From IMG/VR virus record IMGVR_UViG_2061766007_000696: a stretch of DNA of 64,000 nucleotides. One strand, written 5' to 3'. Below the pieces are notes generated by a model, which was given only the letters and a program-made list of their open reading frames with translations, was not told the origin of the DNA and searched no databases. Shown here piece after piece: positions 20,929-34,020 of the stretch. This DNA is from an uncultured virus (IMG/VR IMGVR_UViG_2061766007_000696) (Duplodnaviria > Heunggongvirae > Uroviricota > Caudoviricetes). The stretch's first letter is position 1, and each line of letters begins with the position of its first letter. The translations under genes were made by a program, and so were the position numbers.

Positions 20929-21600
20929 CATTAGGAGCTGTAGTAGGAATAGCTGCTATAGGTATTGTAGGGTTAATTTTTATCATGTTTCCCGAAGCAA
21001 GAGCTTTAGGACGTGGTTTTTTAAGATTGTTTGTACAAGACATGGCATCAACTCCAGAAGGCGCAAAAGCCATATATACTGAAAAAATTGAAGAATTACA
21101 ACAAACATATAATGAAGCATCCGATTCATACCGTATGGTTACTGGTGAATACGAGCAATCTAAAAAAGAACTTCAATCACTTCAAAAAAGATTAGCGCAA
21201 GTTGAATCTCAATGCGAAGCTCTTATGCGAATGAATAATGAGGAAGGAGCAATAATAAAAGCACAAGAGCGTCAAGAAATTCTTGAAGATATTCAGCATA
21301 CTGGTGATATGATGGATAAATATGAACAAGCTATGAAAGAAGCAAAACAGATAACATCTACTTGTGAACAACAGCTTATTCAAATGAAAAAAGAGATGAA
21401 AGATACCATCAAAGAAATGCAAGATAATAAACGCATTNNNNNNNNNNNNNNNNNNNNNNNNNNNNNNNNNNNNNNNNNNNNNNNNNNNNNNNNNNNNNNN
21501 NNNNNNNNNNNNNNNNNNNNNNNNNNNNNNNNNNNNNNNNNNNNNNNNNNNNNNNNNNNNNNNNNNNNNNNNNNNNNNNNNNNNNNNNNNNNNNNNNNNN
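20925..21600 (+). CDS. membrane-anchored PspA/IM30-like coiled-coil protein (3' end in gap)
   Basis: N-terminal transmembrane segment followed by a long coiled coil. Confidence 0.6.
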
Positions 21601-21757
21601 NNNNNNNNNNNNNNNNNNNNNNNNNNNNNNNNNNNNNNNNNNNNNNNNNNNNNNNNNNNNNNNNNNNNNNNNNNNNNNNNNNNNNNNNNNNNNNNNNNNN
21701 NNNNNNNNNNNNNNNNNNNNNNNNNNNNNNNNNNNNNNNNNNNNNNNNNNNNNNNNA

Positions 21758-23120
21758 TTGATGAATGGGTAGGATATAAATCCATAGTTGATGCAAATGG
21801 TGGTTTAACAACCCAACCTGGTTCTATTTATGATCAGTTAGGAATTAAAGTTAATATTAGTATTATAAATGATGCAACTCAAAGTTCAAACGCTCTTATA
21901 GCAAAAGATATTGATGCTGCCGGTTATACAATTAATAGAGTTTCTTTCTTATCAAAAAAATTTACCGATGCTAATTGTGAAGTAATATTTCCTTATATTA
22001 CTAATTTCAGTAATGGTGGTGATGGTATTATTNNNNNNNNNNTAATGATTTAGTAGGCGCAAGAATTGGTGTTCCTCAGTTTAGCGAATCTCATGCGATG
22101 GTTGTTTGGTTTGTTCAAAATTCAAATCTTTCTGACGAAGAAAAAAAGGATATTATTGATAATCTTATTCTTTTTGCTACATCTGATGAAACAGCTAAAG
22201 CATTTTTTGCAGGAGAACTTGACGTTGCAGCCACATGGGAGCCTTATCTTTCCCAAGCTCAAAGTATGAGCGATGCACATATTTTCTTTTCGACAGCATC
22301 TTCTAAATCTTTGATTATGTCAGGTGTTTTATTCAATAAAGAATATGCAGATAAAAATCCAGAAGTTGTACAGAAATTTATCCAAGGTACACTTATGGCT
22401 GGCAATCTTTATGAAACTGATATGAATACTATTACTGAAGTAATGCCAATGTTTTCAACAGCTTCAGAACAGGATATTCTTGATCAATGTGCAGGAGCAA
22501 AACTTACTACGTGGGCTGATAACGATGAATTATTAGATAACGAGGCGAAAAGTATTTACAGTGCAATGTGTGATGTATGGCAATCTTTAGGGGAGGATGT
22601 CGTTCCTTCAATGGTAGATACTTTATTTGATAAATCATATAACGATGCAATTAAAGCAGAATTTACAAGTGATGAAGTCCAGACTGTAGTGACTAAAAAT
22701 ACAAATAATACACAAGTTACTGAGGATAATAAACAAGAGATTCTTGATGCCCAGGCAATGCTAACACAATCTGCTACGGTTACATTTATTATTAACACTG
22801 CTAAATTCGATGATTCAGCAGCTGCTTCAGCTACACTTGATGAATTTATTGAAACGGCTAAGATTCTTGACGGTACTATTATTGAGATAGCTGGTAATAC
22901 TGATCCTAATCCTATATCTGATCCTGAAGATACAGCTAATAAACTTCTTTCAGAACAAAGAGCAGAAACTGTTAAACAGTATTTTGTTTTAAATGGTATT
23001 GATCCTAAGAGAATTATTACTGTTGGAAATGGGTCAAGCAATCCTATGTATGATAATGATACAGAAGAACATAGAGCACTTAATCGTAGGACAGATGTAA
23101 GTTTTAAGATTATTGAATAA
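21758..23120 (+). CDS. ABC substrate-binding protein (NMT1/SsuA-like) fused to a C-terminal OmpA-like peptidoglycan-binding domain (5' end in gap)
   Basis: DEWVGY, SNGGDGI, ATWEPY; GNTD..N..LSEQRA..V...NRRTD. Confidence 0.85.
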
Positions 23121-23159
23121 ATTTTTCTACATTTGAAGATTTACAAAGGAGGAAATAAA

Positions 23160-25434
23160 ATGAGNNNNNNNNNNNNNNNNNNNNNNNNNNNNNNNNNNNN
23201 NNNNNNNNNNNNNNNNNNNNNNNNNNNNNNNNNNNNNNNNNNNNNNNNNNNNNNNNNNNNNNNNNNNNNNNNNNNNNNNNNNNNNNNNNNNNNNNNNNNN
23301 NNNNNNNNNNNNNNNNNNNNNNNNNNNNNNNNNNNNNNNNNNNNNNNNNNNNNNNNNNNNNNNNNNNNNNNNNNNNNNNNNNNNNNNNNNNNNNNNNNNN
23401 NNNNNNNNNNNNNNNNNNNNNNNNNNNNNNNNNNNNNNNNNNNNNNNNNNNNNNNNNNNNNNNNNNNNNNNNNNNNNNNNNNNNNNNNNNNNNNNNNNNN
23501 NNNNNNNNNNNNNNNNNNNNNNNNNNNNNNNNNNNNNNNNNNNNNNNNNNNNNNNNNNNNNNNCTGCCGACATTTTGTTAAGAGTATAGGAAACGTCATT
23601 GCTATTAATGACGGTGTTATTACTACCATTTGGGATTTTGAAACAAACGATTACAGATGGAATAATGTTGCTGAACATCTTTCAGAATACGTAAGACAGT
23701 TTCCTATTTCAGATGTATTTATTTCTAAGTTCCCTACGGTTGGTACGGATTTCAATATGATGGAGGGGGATGGAACTAATATTATCAAGTGGGAACATCC
23801 TTATGCTAAAATCCCTGAGAAGTTTGTATTCAACTCAAGATATGACACTATAGATACAGTACGTGGACAGAGTAGAGATATTCGCAATGTATTTAAGCGC
23901 TCTCTTGATGAACTTACAATGGATGCTGTGGATACGGTTCTTGATCTTATTAATCAGGGCAGTTTATATAAAGGCGATGAGTATAGGGATAATGTTTTTA
24001 AGTTTAAGAATATTAAGAAAGATTATGACAAATTAAATAATCATGCGAAAGAATTATTTGCTTGGGAGTTTTCAGTTAATATAAATCCTGCGATTGCTAA
24101 AATTCGTAATACTGCCATTGGAACACTTCTCACTGATATTTCTGAAGATGTAGACCTTGAAGAAGCAGTTAAAAAATATGAGTTTGTAACAGCACCTTCA
24201 AACTACAAGCGTTCAAAGCCTATCTTTACTAAGAAGATGCTTGAAGATGCTCAAAAAACAATTACTGAACTTGGATATCTTGATTCTCTTCAGAGAAGAT
24301 ATGCTAATGCTGATGACATCAAGGTGAATAATATTTTGTTCAGTAATCGTGATACTGCTAAGAGAATTGAGGGTGCTAATGATTTATTTGCACAGCTTGA
24401 GAAAGAAACAAAGGGTTCACCTAAGAAGTTTGACAGAGTTGAGGAAATCTCTATTGAAAAGTTTATTAACGATGTACTGCCGACAGCTACTGAGGTAGAA
24501 GCTTATGTTGAAAATAAGCACACTCCGAACTTTATGTCGCTAATTGCACCAGTTAATAAAGATTCTAAGACAATGTTTAAATGGAATAATAATTTCTCAT
24601 GGGCTTATACCGGGAATGTTACAGATTCTATTGTTAAGCAGAATGTCAAGAATGCTGGTGGTAAAGTTGATGGTGTTCTGAGATTTAGTATTCAGTGGAA
24701 TGATAGAGGTGAATGGGATAAAAATGATGAAGATGCTCATTGCAAAGAACCAAATGGTAATGAAATTTATTATGCAAATGATAGATATCCAAGTTATTCA
24801 AAATTAGGTGGATCACTTGATGTTGATATAACAAATCCTGCTAAAGACAATGTTGCAGTAGAAAACATAGTATGGTCTGATATCGGTAAAATGCAAGATG
24901 GCGATTATAAATTTTTTGTTCATTGTTTTGCAAATCGTGGTGGACGTTCTGGATTTAGAGCAGAAATTGAGTTTGATGGGCAAATTTATTCCTTTGATTA
25001 TGCTAAACCATTGAGACAGGATGAAAACGTAGATGTGGCAGTTGTAACTCTNNNNNNNNNNNNNNNNAAAACTTCCGTCAAACTGTTCCTCAAAAGAGAT
25101 TTGGGGAATTAAAACAAATGATTTTACACCAGTTTCAGTTATTTGTTATTCACCGAACTATTGGGATGAACAGAATGGCATAGGTAATAAGCATTATTTC
25201 TTTATGCTTAAAGATTGCGTAAATCCTGAGTTACCTAATGCTTATTACAATGAATTCCTTAATTCTGAACTATATCCTCAGCATCGTAAGGTTATGGAGG
25301 CATTAGCATCAAAAGCTCACGTCCAGGAAACAGATGATCAGTTATCAGGACTTGGATTCAGTTCTACATTAAGAAATGAATTAGTTGTGAAAGTTAAAGG
25401 TACAACAGAACGTGTTCTTAAAATTAAATTCTAA
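23160..25434 (+). CDS. large conserved phage protein with YfaP/TerD-like beta domain (frame change at gap)
   Basis: [28 protein letters not shown]; continues to ..RVLKIKF. Confidence 0.65.
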
Positions 25435-25446
25435 GGAGGAATTTTC

Positions 25447-25830
25447 ATGGCAGATTTATTTAAAATCGCAACAAAGAAAGCATACCGTTTCAATTACAAA
25501 GGTCTTATTACAGTTGAAGACTTATGGGATTTAAGTGTCGAGGAACTTGATAAGATTTATAAATCTCTCAAAAAGCAGCAAAAAAATAATACTGAGGAAT
25601 CACTTCTTCAAACAGTTTCTACAGAAGATAAAGAGCTTCAGAATAAAATTGATATTATCAAGACTATTGTGAATGATAAACTTGTTGCACGAGACAAGGC
25701 ACAGAAAGCTGCTGAAAGAAAAGCACAGANNNNNNNNNNNNNNNNNNNNNNNNNNNNNNNNNNNNNNNNNNNNNNNNNNNNNNNNNNNNNNNNNNNNNNN
25801 NNNNNNNNNNNNNNNNNNNNNNNNNNNNAT
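25447..25830 (+). CDS. conserved phage helical protein (end in gap)
   Basis: MADLFKIATKKAYRF..GLITVEDLWDL with ggagga SD. Confidence 0.65.
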
Positions 25831-25851
25831 AAAAAAAAGAGAGGATACAAA

Positions 25852-26760
25852 ATGAAAACACAGTACAATGAAATCGTTAATGTTAACAGTATTGGTAAGG
25901 CAGAAAATCCTATTCTTATGAATGATATTCTGCGCATGGCAAATGAGGAACAGCTTACACCAGCAGCTCAAAATCAAGAACGTGTTCTTTTTCTTGCTAT
26001 TGATGTTCAGCAGGATTTTATGGATAATGGTGCACTTGGGGTTCCCGGAGCGCATGGTGACGTTGAAAGAATGACTCAGTTTATTTATAACAACATGGAT
26101 AAAATTGCTAACATTGCAGTATCAATTGATACTCATACACCTCATCAGATTTTTCATCCTTGTTGGTGGATTGATGAAAATGGCAATAATCCAGCACCTT
26201 ACACAGCAATCACACTTGCCGACCTTGATAGTGGAAAGTGGAGAGCAGTTATTAATCCTAGTGCAAGCAGAGATTATGTTGAACATCTTGAAAAGGATGG
26301 TAAGAAGACACTTGTAGTTTGGTCATATCATTGTTTACAGGGAACAACTGGTGCAGCTCTTGAAAATCAATTTGCTAATATGGTTTATTTCCACAGTGTT
26401 GCTAAGAAAGCTGTTACTCAAAGACTTGTTAAAGGGCAAGATCCTATGAGTGAAATGTATGGCATTATCAAACCTGAGTATGATACTAAGAATTACATCA
26501 ATATTGATTTCCTTAATAAACTTGAAAAGTATGACAAGATTGTAATTTGCGGCGAGGCGAAAAGTCATTGCGTTTTAGAATCAATCAAGCAAATGCTCGA
26601 ATATTATAAAGATAATCTTGAAGTAACAAAAAAGGTTTATATTCTTGAGGATTGTATGTCTATTATTCCTGGATTTGAGGAATCAACAAAACAAGCATTC
26701 GAGGATTTTAAAAATACATATCATGTAAATATGGTTAAGAGTACAGAATGGGGGCTTTGA
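25852..26760 (+). CDS. nicotinamidase/isochorismatase-family cysteine hydrolase
   Basis: AIDVQQDF, DTH, HCLQGT, KG, GEAKSHCV. Confidence 0.85.
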   Translation: MKTQYNEIVNVNSIGKAENPILMNDILRMANEEQLTPAAQNQERVLFLAIDVQQDFMDNGALGVPGAHGDVERMTQFIYNNMDKIANIAVSIDTHTPHQIFHPCWWIDENGNNPAPYTAITLADLDSGKWRAVINPSASRDYVEHLEKDGKKTLVVWSYHCLQGTTGAALENQFANMVYFHSVAKKAVTQRLVKGQDPMSEMYGIIKPEYDTKNYINIDFLNKLEKYDKIVICGEAKSHCVLESIKQMLEYYKDNLEVTKKVYILEDCMSIIPGFEESTKQAFEDFKNTYHVNMVKSTEWGL

Positions 26761-26762
26761 TT

Positions 26763-27424
26763 ATGAGTGAGGAAATGATTATTGATGGATTGGATGAGGT
26801 TGAAATCGAGAATACTTCAATAGATGAAATCGACAGCGAAAACATTAATCTTATATTTGTTGGAATTGATTGTAGCGGTTCTATGGCTANNNNNNNNNNN
26901 NNNNNNNNNNNNNNNNNNNNNNNNNNNNNNNNNNNNNNNNNNNNNNNNNNNNNNNNNNNNNNNNNNNNNNNNNNNNNNNNNNNNNNNNNNNTGTTGTAGG
27001 TGGTTATAAAAAAATCAGTGAATTTGATACTTCTTATTATATTGGTGGTTGCACTGCAATGTTTGATACTATCACTGATGGTACAGATAAGCTTAAGCAG
27101 TACAGAGATTTCCTTAAGAATGAAGGTATGAGAGTCAAAGCCGTATTTGCTATATTTAGTGATGGTTTAGATAATTCCTCAAGAAGTTCGTTCAGTGATG
27201 CCAAGAGATCTATTGAGTATCTTAATCAAGAGGAAATTGTTACTGCATTTATAAGTTTTGGTGGTCAAGCAACTCAGACTGCACATGATCTTGGTTTTAA
27301 AAATATTCTTGATGTTACAAGTTCTGCGTCAGAACTAAGAAAAGCCTTTAATTGTCTCAGCAAATCTGTTATTGAGAATTCAAAGAGTGCTGTTGATAAT
27401 ACCGATGATTTCTTTGATGTATAA
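26763..27424 (+). CDS. vWA (TerY/YegL-like) protein
   Basis: MIDAS DCSGSM, GGCTAMFD, FSDG. Confidence 0.85.
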
Positions 27425-27432
27425 AATTAAGT

Positions 27433-27456
27433 AGGGGTGGATTTTCCACCCCTCTT
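27433..27456 (+). terminator. GC-rich hairpin
   Basis: AGGGGTGGA-ttt-TCCACCCCT. Confidence 0.4.
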
Positions 27457-27474
27457 ATTAGAAAGAGGGTTATT

Positions 27475-28140
27475 ATGTTTATAAATAAAATAGGACAGCA
27501 ACATCTTGAGTATGGATTAAATTGTCAGGATGCTGGACTACTAAAAGACAAAATCAAAATTGTTTGTGATGGTTGTTCTGAAGGAAAAAATTCTGAAGTT
27601 GGAGCAAAGCTTTTTTGCCATTTGTATGATGTATTTAATTTAAAGCAATATGGTGTAATACAAGGAATAGCCAATGCTTTCACAATATTAGCACCTATGT
27701 TTAATCAAACCTCGGAAACAGTTAAAAACTATATCTGTTTTACGATTCTTATTGTTGAGGAAACAGATGATGATTTTTTAGTTTATTATTGTGGTGATGG
27801 ATTTATTATTGCTCAAAAAAGAGATGGGAATATTGATTTCATAGAATTAAATGATGGGGAATATCCAAAATATTATTCATATAATTACACAAAAAAAGAA
27901 TCTCTGAAATACTATAAAGATGGGGTTTCTGTTCAATCAGTTCATTTTCCAAAATCTGAATATCTTAATGTAGGTATTGCATCTGATGGCTTAAGATATA
28001 TTTTTACTGATAAAAACATTGAGGAAAAATCTGTAGAATTGCTTAAAAATAATAAAGAAATCGCTTTAAAAAGATTTATAAATAAAAATCAGACNNNNNN
28101 NNNNNNNNNNNNNNNGGTGCTTTATGAAAATATCAAATAG
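27475..28140 (+). CDS. PP2C-like (YegK-like) phosphatase
   Basis: NCQD, VCDGCS, GDG, ASDG. Confidence 0.85.
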   Translation: MFINKIGQQHLEYGLNCQDAGLLKDKIKIVCDGCSEGKNSEVGAKLFCHLYDVFNLKQYGVIQGIANAFTILAPMFNQTSETVKNYICFTILIVEETDDDFLVYYCGDGFIIAQKRDGNIDFIELNDGEYPKYYSYNYTKKESLKYYKDGVSVQSVHFPKSEYLNVGIASDGLRYIFTDKNIEEKSVELLKNNKEIALKRFINKNQXXXXXXXXVLYENIK

Positions 28141-29787
28141 AGAGCTTAATAAATTGAATCAAATTGCAGAGGGCGGTGAGGGTATTATTTATGAATATAA
28201 TAATGATATTCTCAAAGTATACAAAAATACTGTAAATATNNNNNNNNNNNNNNNNNNNNNNNNNNNNNNNNNNNNNNNNNNNNNNNNNNNATTAATGATA
28301 AAAGACAATTTATCGGATATCTTATGCCTAAAATTCAGGGTAATGAATTACGCATGTATACCAATAAAAAGTTTTTAAAGACCAATAATATTACCACTAA
28401 AGATATTTTAGAAATATTGAATAAGATAAAAAATACAGTTGATTATCTTCATAAAAATAATATTTATGTTGGTGATTTAAACGACCAGAATATCTTGGTA
28501 GACTTTTCAAATAATGTTTATTTTATTGATTGTGATAGTTGGTCTATAGATAATGATAAATGCGAAGTAGTTATGGACTTATTTAAAGATCCATTAATGC
28601 ATAGTAATGATTTTAATGAAAAGACAGATACTTATGCACTTAGTATTATTATCTGGAAAACATTAACAAGAATACATCCTTATGGCGGCACAATGAATCC
28701 TGATATAGATATTTTAGAACGTATGAAAAAAGGTATTACTCTTATAGATAATCCCAATGTAAAGATTCCGAGAACAATAAAATCCTGGAATTATCTCAGT
28801 CCAAATCTCATACAAAGTCTTAAAATAGTATTTGAAAACAAAAGTCGAGAAATTCATGATGAATTATCAGATATNNNNNNNNNNNNNNNNCATGAATATT
28901 ATTATGGTAAATTTAATCAATGTCCATTATGTAATGCTAATGCACAAGTTCTTATGAAACCAGTTTTAAATGGGGTAATAAACGGATTAAAATTATATTC
29001 ATTACTTGTTGATAATAAAGTTAAGATTGTTTTAAATACATCTATGTATATAAATCAGAATGATATAATTACAGATATGGATAATCATGAATATGAAAAA
29101 TATCAAAAAGGAATAAGATATTATTTTATAACTGTGGATGATGTACAATATCTTGTACATGATAAAGATTCGACAATTGATTTTTCTATAAATAATTGTA
29201 ACTATAGTATTCCTAAAAGATATAAATCTGCTATCTGTGTTGAAAATAATGAGATTTTTTATATCTCAAATGCTAATAAATTTGCAAAGCTTACAGCTAC
29301 TAAAAATGGTAATGGATTGCAGAATATTACCTCGTGTAGCTATGAATCTTATTTCTCATCTGAAAATGGTAATACTTGTATTGTCAATAAATATGATAGC
29401 AACCTTATTATAAACATAGAGGGTAGGAATATAGAATATAAATATGATAAGAAAATTGTGAATTATGGTATTCATTATGATATAATAAGTTGTAAGTGGC
29501 TGATTGTTTTTGAAAATAGTCAGGGCAAATTTGACACATTAGTTATTTCTGATTGTGTTGAATATTCAAATGATCAGATCAAATATCAAGGCAGTCTCAA
29601 TAATTTATGTTTATCTAATAGTATCATATATATTCCCATTGACGGTAAAATCAGAGGATATAACTATAATAAACAAGCATTTAAAGATTTTGAATGTAAT
29701 GTTGTTTCCGCTGATAGTAAGCTGATTAAAAATGGTTCATCATTTATTATTATTAATGACGAAAATATATATAAACTTGGAAAATGA
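28124..29787 (+). CDS. Ser/Thr protein kinase (YegI-like) with beta-rich C-terminal domain
   Basis: AEGGEGIIY, GDLNDQNILV, FIDCDS, HPY. Confidence 0.85.
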
Positions 29788-30289
29788 TAAACAATATTAA
29801 ATAAGGAAAGGAGAACCCAATGAGTGCAATAATGTACGCTTTCTGGATGCAGAAAAAAGAACAAGAGAAGGGGGAATAAGTATGAGAACTTTGTTGGGAG
29901 ATGAAGACATGATACTTAAATTAATTGATATTGTCAGAGGGTACGATTTTAATTACATTTCTTTTCGAAAATTTGCACCTGATGGTTCAGATTATTTTGC
30001 AGGTGCATGTAAATATATTAATGGGGAATTGATTTCTTTGGATGGTGATAATTATTCTTTGGACTGTCCGATTCTCAAATATGATATAGAGGAAAATAAT
30101 AAAGAGCTTGAGNNNNNNNNNNNNNNNNNNNNNNNNNNNNNNNNNNNNNNNNNNNNNNNNNNNNNNNNNNNNNNNNNNNNNNNNNNNNNNNNNNNNNNNN
30201 NNNNNNNNNNNNNNNNNNNNNNNNNNNNTGGTCAGAAAAGCAACTTAATCCCTGGAGCCGACATTTCTTTGTTGAGGAGGTTGATAAGA

Positions 30290-30544
30290 ATGGAGAAGCT
30301 TAAAAAATGTCCTTTTTGTGGTGAAAAACCAAGTATAACTCCTGGGGGATCTAATCCATTTTGGGTAGTTATTAGATGTAAAAATTGTGAAGTTAAAAGA
30401 AAATTTGAATATTATTATTCAGTCAATGAAGAAGAAAAAGAGGATGGTTATTATAATAAGGTTAAAAAAGAGTATTGGAATAAATACAGAGAACCTTTAA
30501 AAGAAAAAGCTATTTTATGGTGGAATACAAGATATGAGGGGTAA
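30290..30544 (+). CDS. Lar-like zinc-finger protein
   Basis: LKKCPFCG..CKNC..WNTR. Confidence 0.6.
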   Translation: MEKLKKCPFCGEKPSITPGGSNPFWVVIRCKNCEVKRKFEYYYSVNEEEKEDGYYNKVKKEYWNKYREPLKEKAILWWNTRYEG

Positions 30545-30547
30545 AAT

Positions 30548-33500
30548 ATGCAAAATCTTCATCGTCATTCTTCTTATTCAAACATAATGATAACCGACAG
30601 TGCTGTTTCAAATGAGGATTATGCAAAACGTGCTGTTGAATTAGGACATAAAACCTTGTCATCTGTTGAACATGGATGGCAGGGTAATTATTTTCAAACT
30701 TATGAGTTAGCAAAAAAATATGGATTAAAACCCATTATTGGAACAGAGGCATATTGGGTTAAAGATAGAATTGCAGAAATAAAAACTGTAAACAAAAAAG
30801 GTGAGGGGGTCTTTAATAAAGATAGATCAAATCATCATATATTAATATTAGCTAAGTCTAACATGGGACGTGAGGCTATAAATGATATTCTTTCCGAGGC
30901 AAACATTAGTGGTTATTATTTTAGACCAAGGGTTGATTTAGAGTTGCTTTTTAGTTTACCACCTAATGATGTAATGATTACTTCTGCATGTATTGCCTTT
31001 AGTGGATATGAGGATATAGATGATATTATTCTTAAATTTCATGNNNNNNNNNNNNNNNNNNNNNNNNNNNNNNNNNNNNNNNNNNNNNNNNNNNNNNNNN
31101 NNNNNNNNNNNNNNNNNNNNNNNNNNNNNNNNNNNNNNNNNNNNNNNNNNNNNNNNNNNNNNNNNNNNNNNNNNNNNNNNNNNNNNNNNNNNNNNNNNNN
31201 NNNNNNNNNNNNNNNNNNNNNNNNNNNNNNNNNNNNNNNNNNNNNNNNNNNNNNNNNNNNNNNNNNNNNNNNNNNNNNNNNNNNNNNNNNNNNNNNNNNN
31301 NNNNNNNNNNNNNNNNNNNNNNNNNNNNNNNNNNNNNNNNNNNNNNNNNNNNNATAAAAGATGCTATGAATGTTACAGATCAGGCATTAGAATTTTGTGA
31401 TTACGATAATGTAAGAATTTTTACTAAAGATATAAAGTTACCTACTCTTTATCCTGGGGAAACAAAAGAACAAAAGGATAAAAGATATAGTAAACTTATT
31501 AGTAAAAAATTTACAGAATATATGAAAAATATTCCTTCTGAGGATTATGATAGATATTTTGAAGGTGTGAAAGCTGAAATACAAACATATAAAGATACGG
31601 GTATGTGTGATTATCCACTTCTTGATTATGCTATTGTAANNNNNNNNNNNNNNNNNNNNTTTCTTTACTAATACATTATGTGGATTTTCAAAAGTTGATA
31701 GATTTAAATCGGCTATCAAATTATATCCTGAACGATTTATTTCAACTACACGCATTCTTTCTACTAAGAGTCTTCCTGATATTGATTTAAATTGCGGTAC
31801 ACCAGAAATATTTGAGGAATCTCAAAAAAGAATACTTGGAGAAAATCATGTTGCTCCACTTATTGCTTTTGGTACTTTGAAAAAACGCTCTGCATTTAAA
31901 ATTTATGCAAAAGCAANNNNNNNNNNNNNNNNNNNNNNNNNNNNNNNNNAGATTGGCAAATATGAAGAAGCTGTTAAAAATGCTCCTGATGAATCAAAAG
32001 ATAGTATTGATATTCACGATTATATTGATGAAAAATATGAAGAATATCTCAAACAAAGTGAAGAATATTGGGGTGTAATTTCTGATAAGAAGAAAGCCCC
32101 AAGTGCTTATCTTCTTTATGATGGTGATATACGCCGAGAAATAGGTCTTATTAAATGTAAGAGTGAATCTTCGAAAAAAGAATATATTACTTGTGTAATA
32201 GATGGTGCTGTAGCTGAGAATTATAAGTTCTTAAAAAATGATATTCTTAAAGTTGATGTTGTATTACTTATTGATAAAGTTTTTAAACGTATAGGTATAG
32301 AACATTTTGATGTAAATAAATTATTAGAATTAATAAAAAATGATCAAAAAGTTTGGGATTTATATGCTAGTGGTTATACTATTGGATTAAATCAAGTCGA
32401 GCAAGAAGGTAGTAAAAGAAAATGCATGGCTTATAAACCTCATAATATATCTGAATTAAGTGCTTTTGTGGCTGCTATACNNNNNNNNNNNNNNNNNNNN
32501 NNNNNNNNNNNNNNNNNNNNNNNNNNNNNNNNNNNNNNNNNNAAGATTTTTCCTGGGGAATTCCTACACTTGATAATCTTATAAGAACAGAAGAACTACC
32601 AGTATCGTTTATGTTTTTTCAAGAACAGGTAATGTCTGTTTTAAATTATGCTGGTTTTCCTATGGATGAATGTTACGGAATAATTAAAGCAATTGCTAAG
32701 AAACATCCTGAAAAAGTTAAACCTTTAAAAGAAAAATTTATTGAAGGATTTAAAGAAAAACTTATTCAAAATGAAGGATTATCAGAAGAAGAAGCACAAA
32801 AAAATTCTAAAGATGTTTGGCAGATAGTAAACGATAATTGCGGATATTCCTTCAATTCAGCCCATGCTTTTTGTATGGCTCTTGATAGTTTATATCAAGC
32901 ATGGCAAAAAGCTAATTATCCTTATGAATTTTATGAGGTATTATTACAGCATTATTCTGATAAAGGTAATAAAAATAAAGTATCTATTCTTAAAGAAGAG
33001 ATGNNNNNNNNNNNNNNNNNNNNNNNCAGTTTAAATTCAGGGATGATAACAGACATTTTACAGCTAATAAAGAAAAACATTTTATATCACCATCATTAAG
33101 TTCTCTGAAAGGTATGGGAAATACAGTAGCAGAGGATTTATATAACTTGAGGAATAAAAAATATAATAGTTTTGTTGAACTTCTTGATGACTTAAAAACA
33201 ACTTCTTGTAAATCAAGTCAATTAAATATACTTGTTAAATTAGATTATTTTTCGGAATTCGGTGACATTAATTACCTTCTCAAAGCAATAAAATACTATG
33301 ATATTCTCCGCACTAAGAGGCAACTTAAACATGAGCAGCTTAAACTTCTCAATCTTCAGAGTAAAGATGTAGAACCTTATGCTGAAAAAGTTCTGGCTAA
33401 GATTATAAAATTAAAAGATGCCAAAGGTTTACTTGAATATGCTATTAATAACATAAAAGAACCTAAATGTACTACTCTTGAGAAAATGCGTTATCAGAAT

Positions 33501-33812
33501 GAACTTCTTGGATATGTGTCAATAACTGATCCTAATTTAGAAGATGATTGTTATTTTGTACAAAATATCAATGGTACTTATAGTCGTATGGTTTCTCTGT
33601 ATCAGATGAATTGTGGTAAGAGTTTTACTATTAAAATCCGCAAATCTCAGTTTGAGAAGAATCCTGTTAAGATTGGGCAAATTGCCCGAATTAAAGAGAT
33701 TATCAACGATAAAAAATGGCGAAAAGTCAAGGATGATGAGGATGGTGAGGAATATTGGGTGCGAATTGACGAAAGAGAAGATATTTTAACAAAATATGCT
33801 GTTATTAGTTGA
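30548..33812 (+). CDS. dnaE: DNA polymerase III alpha subunit (phage DnaE), fragmented by gaps
   Basis: PHP motifs HRHSSYS, EHG, GTEAY; PERF, SLPDIDL, KNDIL, YSFNSAHA. Confidence 0.9.
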
Positions 33813-33837
33813 CAAAATTAAATATAGAAACTATAAT
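33809..33837 (+). promoter_or_regulatory. consensus sigma-A promoter driving ncRNA cluster 2
   Basis: TTGACA-17-TATAAT. Confidence 0.85.
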
Positions 33838-33942
33838 AAAAACATAAACAAGGTATTAAATTTCTCTTAAGAAAAATAACCTTGCTGTCTAAAACTCCTA
33901 TGGGTACGGTGAGAAGTTCCTTGCCAGGCTTCTCCCTCCTAC

Positions 33943-34020
33943 AGCTCGTTAGTCTAAGTAAGATACTGCAAACCAATAAATCATCATGCAGAGATGGGGG
34001 TGCAAATCCTCTGCGAGCTA
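33943..34020 (+). ncRNA. tRNA-like RNA with 16-nt anticodon loop
   Basis: AGCTCGT/GCGAGCT acceptor, GTCT/AGAT D arm, CTGCA-16nt-TGCAG, GGGGG-TGCAAAT-CCTCT. Confidence 0.7.

Noticed and set aside
22556..23041. Antisense ORFs in the track (for example 22556-23041, 2302-2697, 50729-51079)
   Set aside because: They are shadows of well-supported genes or tRNAs on the opposite strand, with no recognisable motifs.
30548..33812. Apparent split or frameshifted dnaE (likewise nrdD, kinase, vWA and recombinase)
   Set aside because: The frame changes coincide with N runs of estimated length, so there is no evidence for introns, inteins or programmed frameshifts.
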